Assembly (NCBI GenBank): GCA_963664875.1
Contig: OY761611.1
Span: forward strand, 1,440,001 to 1,504,000
Direction: 5' to 3'
Length of the DNA stretch: 64,000 nucleotides
Source: Candidatus Kapaibacterium sp.
Lineage (GTDB): Bacteria; Bacteroidota; Ignavibacteria; Kapaibacteriales; UBA2268
Part shown: piece after piece, positions 48,301 to 55,820 of the stretch
Layout: each line of letters begins with the position of its first letter
Position numbering within the stretch: the first letter of the stretch is position 1
Translations under genes and position numbers: made by a program
Notes under the pieces: model-generated
Databases searched by the model: none
What the model saw: the letters and a program-made list of their open reading frames with translations, nothing else
What the model was told of the DNA's origin: nothing

Positions 48301-50399
48301 GGTTTAGCAGCTTCGAATCTAATTTGATCAAAGTTTTTGCCTAATCTTGAAGCGTTTGCTACACTATAGAAGTATTTACCCCAAGGGCCTCTTGCATCTA
48401 ATGTATCAATATCAACAATTACAGGAAGGTTCAAATGATTGAACTTAAGAAGTTCTCCACCATCTGTGTAAACCTGAGAGTTGAAGAAGTTTGGTTGTTC
48501 CATAATACAACCATTACATATACGCATAACTTTGATGTTAAATGAATCTAAGGCATCAACGTCGCTATATAATCCATTTTTAGTAACAGGGCCTAAAATG
48601 CGCAATGAGTCGATATAAGGCATCACATCAGATTTAGAAGGATCACCTACCTGATAGCTTGATTTCTCAAATGCAGGCGGAATTTGCCATTGTGCAATTT
48701 GTCTCCAACCAAGAGGGCCTGAATTTTCAGTTTGTGTAGTGTTGAATGTATCAAGATCAGTTCTTCTTGCACGGTACAATCTGTAACCCATGAAGTCCAA
48801 ACCGCTTTCTTCATCATCTTCAGAAAGTTCTGAGAAATCGTCCCAATTAAGTACAACACCATTATTCACACCTTTTGCATACAATGTAGCTCTGCGAGGT
48901 GGTTGTGGTGCTCTAAAGTTGTTGTCATATACTATCTGAGCAAACATATCTCTTTGTACAAGATTAGCCATATCTTCAGTAGTACCGTCAGGATAAGGTA
49001 AGTCTTTTACAGATGGAGCAATAATAATACCAACTACAACTCTTGCAGTATCATAAGGTAACATATTGAAAGGTCCTGTCGCCATCATAAAGCGTTTATC
49101 ACCGGAACCTTTATCACCATCACGGTTGTAAGTAGAAAGGAAGTCATATCTTTCAGCGTCTTCTGTTTTATCTTCTGAGATGTTCCAGTTGTTGAAAGAT
49201 TGAAGACCTAACTGTTCTTCGTTAGTATATTTTCTTTTATCTCTACGTAAGAAACCGGCTAATGGGTTAATTGTGCTATCCGGCAAGAATTGACTTTGAA
49301 CTGCCGGTGATTCCAAGAAGTCATAACCTAAATAACCAAAGCCACGACCAGCCTCACCACGATCACCTTGTGACCATTGAACAGCCATATTCAATGTTGT
49401 ATCTTCGCCAGTAAAGCTTCCGTAGAATCTTACTCTATCATTTACCGCACCTGCACTTGTGTTTGGTTCACGTGCAATATCCACGTCCATAACAGGAGCA
49501 AGCCAGCATTCTCTCAAAGTATCAGGATTAAAAGAAATCAAATCATATTTTATAAAAACGAAATCTTTGTAATCGCCAAAACCCCAAGAGTAAATCATCT
49601 GTTCAAACTGCATATAAAAAGGATAGCCTTTAGCTTTAGCACCTGAAGCACCACCTTCAAAGTATCTCAAGTCAGTATCTTTGTAAGTACAAAATACGTC
49701 TTCACCAGAGATAAATGCAGGGCCTTTTTTAAATACTTTATCGCTTCTTAAAGATTCTTCTTCGATATAATAACCAAAGTATCTTTTAGTTTTCAATGTA
49801 TCAGTAGGGTCTGTACTGGAATCCCAGATAGGCCAGTTTGTGCCGTCTGTTTGATCTAGTGGAGTACCATTACCCAAAAAGTCTGTTGAGAAATATGTTC
49901 TATATTTTTGAACAGCACTTGCATCATTATCTACCAAAGGAGTTGGAAGACCATTTTCATCGTGGATACGTCCCGGAACCATCCAAGATCTACCATCACG
50001 AGGGTTATAAGTAAGCTCACAAAGCTTGTTTAATACAGGTTTTCCTTCTTCGTCAAATTTCTTTTCTCCTGTAGCAGGATCTGTCATGTGAATTTTAGCA
50101 CCAATCCATGCACCACCTGCATAGATGTATTGGTTTAGGGAGTTGCGTGGCCAATGCGAACCGCCTGTACGGTTTGCAACGTTATAGCCGAAAATACCGT
50201 AGTTTGTAGTGTAAAACTCGATATTACTTACAGTGTTTTTCTGTAAGTCAAATGCCCCTGTTGCTTTTCTCAAAAGCATTTCAGGACTATCTTCATCAGT
50301 TTTATATTGCTCATGAATGTCGGCGTGCATTGTAGTCTGTACTACAAGCAAAAGCAGAGCTATCATGCCTAATAAAACCTTTTTGAATGATATTGTCAT
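45333..50399 (-). CDS. 1688-aa exported protein with split FN3-like domain and T9SS-like C-terminal domain
   Basis: Signal peptide; VVLNWD..E..DFMGYRLYR ... YYYKILSFD; tail IQVVPNPY...FTRLP..CTIDIYTVTGELI...WDL. Confidence 0.8.
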   Translation of the reverse strand: MTISFKKVLLGMIALLLLVVQTTMHADIHEQYKTDEDSPEMLLRKATGAFDLQKNTVSNIEFYTTNYGIFGYNVANRTGGSHWPRNSLNQYIYAGGAWIGAKIHMTDPATGEKKFDEEGKPVLNKLCELTYNPRDGRSWMVPGRIHDENGLPTPLVDNDASAVQKYRTYFSTDFLGNGTPLDQTDGTNWPIWDSSTDPTDTLKTKRYFGYYIEEESLRSDKVFKKGPAFISGEDVFCTYKDTDLRYFEGGASGAKAKGYPFYMQFEQMIYSWGFGDYKDFVFIKYDLISFNPDTLRECWLAPVMDVDIAREPNTSAGAVNDRVRFYGSFTGEDTTLNMAVQWSQGDRGEAGRGFGYLGYDFLESPAVQSQFLPDSTINPLAGFLRRDKRKYTNEEQLGLQSFNNWNISEDKTEDAERYDFLSTYNRDGDKGSGDKRFMMATGPFNMLPYDTARVVVGIIIAPSVKDLPYPDGTTEDMANLVQRDMFAQIVYDNNFRAPQPPRRATLYAKGVNNGVVLNWDDFSELSEDDEESGLDFMGYRLYRARRTDLDTFNTTQTENSGPLGWRQIAQWQIPPAFEKSSYQVGDPSKSDVMPYIDSLRILGPVTKNGLYSDVDALDSFNIKVMRICNGCIMEQPNFFNSQVYTDGGELLKFNHLNLPVIVDIDTLDARGPWGKYFYSVANASRLGKNFDQIRFEAAKPLTEDSVEAYRRRLLEKRTEYLDKAYRYDPTKKDFLLDSILVGTVELQSALLDYNPLFYIKKQTVISAEDYYNFTTYVNDNFNNAEEDTLRWEFHETKDSNDKVVKVKYRVDTIYYYSSAKAFKEAGSTKYVIDYATIHNTAQDIMSNAEHLSYINDLVYRYIQEGKAKVKFPLFEESEEAWVPVRDSVTGKIIKKANSDQDSTVLDTIYYYLDFYQKTDIREGLIPNYMAKVTNNRTFIDLGDNGDGYFYYSEDPTQTEQLYNNVDYYYKILSFDEGDYRQPTESKTNDASLALPNEVNVRPKAAPITDDIKFDVEVLTPNKIGSLNNFKFFSLDDQRVSQFFAGHELELEFKPFWYSTSVTFTGNLNDTYFGKYYRQMVLTDVTTGQVIYEGLTEFEKDPGNFAYQEAFTENGLSYVLNDKPIVDSISASLDTITFGLHDSRETVERFGTWTTGEMIDPGFIPYTGLYYFGKSYSGMVKPAYGALGFKFDYHIKQFGGDYRMDTIIVVGDKKVDVIMPRYTDEARLPLHDPDRKVDAKPFSYAGVNVATTQKIGQEDAYVRADLAISDNRYMNATMVNNIGNPIYASYNNGPATYELEFLEKKTTTIKVWIEEGSEKVPLEFTVDYLTTKLTNKTKFDRRNADGTTTEISYETPMEHINIPALPFKADGYSFYGQKESIGKSPGWQPDYANTLMNVLYTKAYPYPVNTVAMGVHPDSMYNKYNIFASAWVNVRNKRVSSINKPKLFARRMLEVNGQASFLNEDGEYEAWTGFQGGYLLRAQNADYTIDFVNVLYVSGVPFIFDCANQASNTPASVQWEEDQLPYEEFKYGETNFAPGDKLILSTTGGALGLPAPGAKVRIKVGGEPKNPNQFEDEDLEDIQVVPNPYFISHQGQKSPYGAELYFTRLPETCTIDIYTVTGELIKRIEHNEITSTDPNKVSVDIWDLLSDNNQRVASQALVAVISTPNGAQTIKNFSVIVGSYRIITD

Positions 50400-50448
50400 T
50401 TTATCCTCTATATTTAATTACTAACATTCTAAGTGTAGTTTGCTACAA

Positions 50449-53400
50449 TTAAAACTTAACTTTGAAACCAAAATATACTGTTCTAGGTGTTTTGTAGTTA
50501 CCTTTGAACGAACGAATTTTTTCAACATAATTGATATATGATTCATATTTTTCAATCTGGTTGATCTGACCATTTCCGTCGATGTCAGCTTGTTCGTTGT
50601 ACATTCTGTTTCCGTAGAAATCGTATTGAGAGTTATTAAATGTTTCAGCGTTTGTAAAGTCTGCTTCTTTGTACCAAATTACAGCACTATAGTCACCAAC
50701 ACTTACTCGCGACAAACGACCATCGTCATCCGGATCTTGAGTTACGTTATAGAAACTATATGCTTCAGTAATATCTAAAATGTTATCAACGTCAAGGAAG
50801 AATTCTATTTCAGTATCTCCTGCACCTTCCCAGATCTCGTTCATTTTGATAGTTTTCATTAAACGCATATCGAGGTTCCAATATGACGGACCTACTTCAC
50901 TGTTTCTTGAAGAAAGCATGTTACCTGTCATATCTACCAATGTGTAAGGAGAACCAGAGTTAAATCTACCTGTCAAGTTAATATTCATATTTTGCAATGG
51001 CTGAATACCTGCAATAGAAGGACCTTCATCATCTCCCCAGAAAATGTTTGCTGAAGCACTTACTCTGTGTCTGATGTCGCGGCTTGTAGGATAAGCTGCT
51101 AATGGGAACATCGGATTGTCTGTAAATGGATCGAGTAGCAATGAAGAGTTAGATGTTGCACTTGATGAAGTACCGGTGGACCAACCAAGTGTATAGTTGA
51201 TTTCAAAGTTAAAATGGTCAACAGCGCGTTTTCTTAAATTAAGTTCAACACCTCTGGAGTTACCATATTCAGTAATTGTATATTGATAATATGGAATCGG
51301 AACTGCAGGAATATAAACAGTACCAACTTCATTGTAAATATCATTATAATAAGCAGAAAGTTCTACGATAAGATCTTCTGTCATGTTCGCTTCATAAGCA
51401 ACCTGATATTCATTCTTTCTCTGAGCATCCAAATCAGGGTTACCCAAGATTGCACTTGTTCTTAGAGCAGTCTTGTTAAAGCCGTCATAGTATAACTGGA
51501 ATGCAGGATAAGAATAATAGATACCATAGTTAATTTTGAATACTGATTGATCAGTAATTTTGTAGTTCACACCTACTTTAGGTGAAATGTTTACTTTAGA
51601 ACTAACATCTGCCAAACCTGCTTCGTCACCGATAGATACAAAGTTGTATGTATCATTTGGCAATCTGTATTGAGAACTTGCATCAAAGTAATCAACACGC
51701 ATACCTGCCTGAACAGTTACGTCTTTATAGTTGATTCTATCTTCAGCAAAGAAGTCAAAAGATTTTGGTTTGAATGGCTTGCTTGTTTTGTCATAAACAT
51801 ACTGGTCAGTAGTAGCATAAATATTGCCACCCCATTTATCAGTATATAAGTCATAAGAAGGGTCACCATCATAAGGTGTACCATTATAATGTCTGTGTAA
51901 TTCATGTAGTTTGAAGTTAAAACCTGCAGTAAGCTCTTGTCTTACATCATCAAGATCTAAAATCCAGCTGAATTTACCATCCATCTGAATATAGCTACCA
52001 TCTCTAAAACTAAAGCCACCACCGGCAGAACCGTCAGACACAAATGTGTTTTGTAAACCAAATGCATTACGAGTACCTGTTGAGTAAGGACGACCTTCAT
52101 AGTAACCAGTCAATGGATTACGAACTGGAACTTCACCTTTCAAATAACCGTCTTTTGTATAGCCGGTAACAGTATTCATCTGTGTATATTGATCCACAAC
52201 AAAGTCAGTTCCTGAAATGAAAATATCATTTTGAGGTACTAATTTATCTTCCGGTTCCAAAATATCAAATCCACTCATAAAGCTTGGATCGTCAAAGTTA
52301 TTTCTTCTTCCTTGATAGTCACTGTTTGCAGAACGCGCTACTCTAAGCTCATAAAACATTGAGCTCGAAATAAAGTGGTTCATTTTTACATAAATATTAG
52401 AAAGAACCTGATTAGCTACGTTTATTTTAGCAAAGCCCTGATTGACACCGTTAAATACGCTGTCTGCAGACATACCTTCGCCTTCAAGATAATAAGAAGT
52501 ATAATCAGCATTTTCAAAGTTAGTCATACCCCAAGTACCACCTACTACCATTTTAACAGCAGTAGAGATATCATAAGTAAATTTACCAGTAATGTTTTTC
52601 ATCCAAGTTTGGTTGTTAGGCACTTGGCTCATGTTATTTCCTAACGGATCTAAGATTTCATAGCTTGCGCCGCGATAGTCTTCATGGAAGTAATAGCCGG
52701 ACATGAAGAAAGTTACATCATTAAATCCGGGTATCGGACCACCAATACCAAATTCGTATTTGCCTTCGTTAGATCCTTGAAGTTTATAACCTTCGCCTTC
52801 ATTTCTAAATTCGAAGTTATTACCTGTTCTTACTAAGTTCAAAGCACTTGACTGACGACCAAATAAGAAAGGCAAGTCAGTTCTGTATCTTACATAACCT
52901 TCATATCTGTCATTTCTACCGGCTTTCATTGCACTGTTTACAGCACCAAAACCGGAATACTCTGCACCCATACCACCTTTCATTACCTGAGCTGACTCGG
53001 TAGCTGCAGCAGATGCTGTAGGGTAGTATTTAGAACCACCGATACCCATACCACCTGTAAATTTATTACTCAAATCCATACCATCAAGTAGAATCTGAGT
53101 ATCTGCCTGGCGGGCACCACGGATACTATAACCTGACCCGGAGTTAGTAACACCGGCTTTCATAGAAATAATATCAACAAGGCTTTCACTTGCTACTTTG
53201 TTCATCGTTTCACTTGTTACAACGTCCTGAGAGCCGGCAACATCAACTTTCACCTGATCTCTTGCAGCAGTAACAACGATAGTTTCGGTAGTTTTTACTT
53301 TATCAACCATCTCGATATCTAAAGTAGTAGATTGACCGGAAAGTACCCTCACGCCTTTGATCATTTTGTCAGCTTTAGCTACGTGAGAAGCTTTTACATC

Positions 53401-53613
53401 GTAAGAGTTGGCAGGGATACCATTGATAATATACTTGCCGTTTGGTTTGGTCTTAGCCCCTTTTTTAGTCCCGAGCAACATTATTGTTACACCGGGTAGC
53501 GGCTTACCGCTTTCATCTACTACAGTCCCTGAGATGGAACCATGCACCTGAGCATACGATATCACAGGTACCAGCAGAGAAACCAGCATGATTAAAACGA
53601 AAAATCTTCGCAT
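50449..53613 (-). CDS. TonB-dependent receptor with N-terminal carboxypeptidase-regulatory-like domain
   Basis: GSISGTVVDESGKPLPGV, IRGAR..DTQILLDG plug, GNPDLD, PRTVYFGFKVKF; start trimmed to MRRFF after an aaggag RBS. Confidence 0.9.
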   Translation of the reverse strand: MRRFFVLIMLVSLLVPVISYAQVHGSISGTVVDESGKPLPGVTIMLLGTKKGAKTKPNGKYIINGIPANSYDVKASHVAKADKMIKGVRVLSGQSTTLDIEMVDKVKTTETIVVTAARDQVKVDVAGSQDVVTSETMNKVASESLVDIISMKAGVTNSGSGYSIRGARQADTQILLDGMDLSNKFTGGMGIGGSKYYPTASAAATESAQVMKGGMGAEYSGFGAVNSAMKAGRNDRYEGYVRYRTDLPFLFGRQSSALNLVRTGNNFEFRNEGEGYKLQGSNEGKYEFGIGGPIPGFNDVTFFMSGYYFHEDYRGASYEILDPLGNNMSQVPNNQTWMKNITGKFTYDISTAVKMVVGGTWGMTNFENADYTSYYLEGEGMSADSVFNGVNQGFAKINVANQVLSNIYVKMNHFISSSMFYELRVARSANSDYQGRRNNFDDPSFMSGFDILEPEDKLVPQNDIFISGTDFVVDQYTQMNTVTGYTKDGYLKGEVPVRNPLTGYYEGRPYSTGTRNAFGLQNTFVSDGSAGGGFSFRDGSYIQMDGKFSWILDLDDVRQELTAGFNFKLHELHRHYNGTPYDGDPSYDLYTDKWGGNIYATTDQYVYDKTSKPFKPKSFDFFAEDRINYKDVTVQAGMRVDYFDASSQYRLPNDTYNFVSIGDEAGLADVSSKVNISPKVGVNYKITDQSVFKINYGIYYSYPAFQLYYDGFNKTALRTSAILGNPDLDAQRKNEYQVAYEANMTEDLIVELSAYYNDIYNEVGTVYIPAVPIPYYQYTITEYGNSRGVELNLRKRAVDHFNFEINYTLGWSTGTSSSATSNSSLLLDPFTDNPMFPLAAYPTSRDIRHRVSASANIFWGDDEGPSIAGIQPLQNMNINLTGRFNSGSPYTLVDMTGNMLSSRNSEVGPSYWNLDMRLMKTIKMNEIWEGAGDTEIEFFLDVDNILDITEAYSFYNVTQDPDDDGRLSRVSVGDYSAVIWYKEADFTNAETFNNSQYDFYGNRMYNEQADIDGNGQINQIEKYESYINYVEKIRSFKGNYKTPRTVYFGFKVKF

Positions 53614-53780
53614 TAGTTTAACTCCTTTATACAACCTAGCACAAAATATTAATCTTAATTTGCAACATTTATTTTCAAAAGCCGTATAATATTATAACAG
53701 CTTACTATAAATCTATCCGGCATTGCTTCTTAGCACAAAACACACCACTCCCTACACAACATGTGGCGGTTTACAATTGC

Positions 53781-53812
53781 CAAATATAACACAAATTTTT
53801 TTTTCTACACAA
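53781..53812 (-). promoter_or_regulatory. Bacteroidota-type housekeeping promoter (TTTG-N20-TAnnTTTG) for the TBDR operon
   Basis: Minus strand tttg-tgtagaaaaaaaatttgtgt-tatatttg. Confidence 0.55.
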
Positions 53813-53838
53813 AAACTTTGCAGATTTGTTGAAAAAAT

Positions 53839-55182
53839 CTATCTCAAATAATATTCTAACCCATAAACTACAAATCCTGCTCTGCTCCAATTCGATCCAC
53901 CAAAACTTTCACCGAAGTTAAGATTCATGAATCTAAGTTCGGTACCAAGCGTCAAATAAAAGTTATTATACAGCTCTACCTTGCCTCTCACTCTTCCGTA
54001 AAACAACGAACCACTATTAGAAGCACCAAATCCGAAGCGGGCTGAAAGATTCAACCAACTATCCTGCTCAGTGGCTGAGATAATATTATGTTCAGCAAAC
54101 GCTGACACCCAAAACAGAGAGTTATCAATATTAACGGTTCTGTGATATTCTATAAAATCAGTTGGTTTGTTACCTACTTCTATCATAGTGTTAGAAGCCG
54201 GGCGAGGCACTCTTACTATTATATCCATATTAGATAAAAACTTCAGATTACCAATTTCAATACCCATATCAAAGTTATCTACTATATTATAAGCTACTGA
54301 TAGAGAATAATTTGATATGCCTGAATTAGATGTTTTATTAAATCCACTGCTGCTAAAGTCCGATGAGCCAAAAAACGTAATATTAACATTATTAGGCATC
54401 TGATACTGGAAATCGTCATAATAACTATAAGAACCGCTGTTATCCTGCGGGATGATACTTGGCATCTGAGGAGCATCGTATCTTTTTTCTTTAAGTAAGG
54501 TATTAGACTGAGCATTGAAGTATGGATTGTTTGTAGCGTAGTCATTATAATCGTCTTCTGATTCTATCTCGCTGGCAGCAAGAATAGACTCAACCATCAA
54601 ATTTTCGTCAAAAGTCTGAGCGACCAAAGGCTTATCACTATTTATTGCTTGCATTGCAACAAATCCGTCACTATTGCTCATTTCAATTGAAGATTTGTTT
54701 ATCTGTTTTACTTCTTCTTTAGGAACTACAAGCACGAGCACATTGTTTTCCGCTGCAACGCTGAATTCCATATTCTTATCTACCGAACGGAATTCATCTC
54801 TATAAGATTCTGCAACATTATCAAAGCGTGTTCCTAAATTATGATCGCTAATCTTTCCAATAGCAAACATGAAAAGAATCACAGCAGCTGCACTAATATA
54901 TCGATAGTTAAATTTAGACTTTTTAGGCAATTCAAGCTTTAAAACATTTGCTTTACTTTCATTGATAATTTGCATCATAATCCTATCTTCGGTTTCACTC
55001 AGAAGATCTACCGGGACTTTGATGGATTGAGCATCTTTCTTCATTGCATGATTTAGCTCCACAGCTACGTCGAATTCTTCCTTAGCTGCTTTATCGTCTG
55101 CCAAATAGTGCCTAAGAAGGATGTCTTCTTCTTGGTTCAATTCGCCATCAAGATATTTCGATATGAGATTATCGAGACTCAT
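53839..55182 (-). CDS. Putative anti-sigma factor with TM helix, long linker and C-terminal beta-barrel-like region
   Basis: LISKYLDGELNQEE N-terminus, TM YISAAAVILFMFAI, amphipathic strands ending VVYGLEYYLR; overlaps the ECF sigma stop. Confidence 0.75.
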   Translation of the reverse strand: MSLDNLISKYLDGELNQEEDILLRHYLADDKAAKEEFDVAVELNHAMKKDAQSIKVPVDLLSETEDRIMMQIINESKANVLKLELPKKSKFNYRYISAAAVILFMFAIGKISDHNLGTRFDNVAESYRDEFRSVDKNMEFSVAAENNVLVLVVPKEEVKQINKSSIEMSNSDGFVAMQAINSDKPLVAQTFDENLMVESILAASEIESEDDYNDYATNNPYFNAQSNTLLKEKRYDAPQMPSIIPQDNSGSYSYYDDFQYQMPNNVNITFFGSSDFSSSGFNKTSNSGISNYSLSVAYNIVDNFDMGIEIGNLKFLSNMDIIVRVPRPASNTMIEVGNKPTDFIEYHRTVNIDNSLFWVSAFAEHNIISATEQDSWLNLSARFGFGASNSGSLFYGRVRGKVELYNNFYLTLGTELRFMNLNFGESFGGSNWSRAGFVVYGLEYYLR

Positions 55183-55732
55183 TGATTTCCTTGACTATTG
55201 GTGTTAGAATTTTTCTTAGTTGTACTCTTGCCCTATGCACTCTTACCTTGGCTAATGATAAATCAATCCCAAGTATTTCAGCTATCTCCTGATATGAATA
55301 TCCTTCATATTCTCTGAGTAGCAGTGCTTCTTTCAAAATAACAGGCAAGGCTGCTATGGCATCCTGCAGTGAACGTTGAAGTCCATAATCATTTTTCATC
55401 TCTACTGATTGACCATGAACATAGTCATCGTAAGATTCCAAATCTTTTTTGCTTCTTATCATATTGAGGCATGTGTGCCTCGCAATGGTAAAAACCCAGG
55501 ATGTAAAATTTTCGCCGTAAAACTTTTTGCTGTTTTCATATACTTTGACAAATGTTTCCTGAAAAGCATCTTTTGCCTGTGCCTCATCGCCAAGCATTCG
55601 CAAACAGAATCTATATATCCTGTCTCCATACTTTTTGTAAAGTATGCCGAATGCCTGAGCACTACCGTTCTTGAAACTTTCTAAGGTTTCAGGAAGGTCT
55701 TTGTCATCGATATTTGCTTTTCTAAAAAACAT
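55169..55732 (-). CDS. ECF RNA polymerase sigma-70 factor
   Basis: AKDAFQETF, FTSWVFTIARH, YSYQEIAEILG...KVRVHRAR. Confidence 0.95.
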   Translation of the reverse strand: MFFRKANIDDKDLPETLESFKNGSAQAFGILYKKYGDRIYRFCLRMLGDEAQAKDAFQETFVKVYENSKKFYGENFTSWVFTIARHTCLNMIRSKKDLESYDDYVHGQSVEMKNDYGLQRSLQDAIAALPVILKEALLLREYEGYSYQEIAEILGIDLSLAKVRVHRARVQLRKILTPIVKEINESR

Positions 55733-55764
55733 AATTTGTCAACTATATTATCCGGCTTTATTGG

Positions 55765-55793
55765 TAAACACAGCAAAGCAGATTTTGGTTACA
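55765..55793 (-). promoter_or_regulatory. Candidate autoregulatory ECF promoter (TGTAACC-N17-GTTTA)
   Basis: AAC-containing -35 box about 55 nt upstream of the sigma start. Confidence 0.45.
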
Positions 55794-55820
55794 ACTTTTT
55801 TTCATTAGACAGAAAAAATA

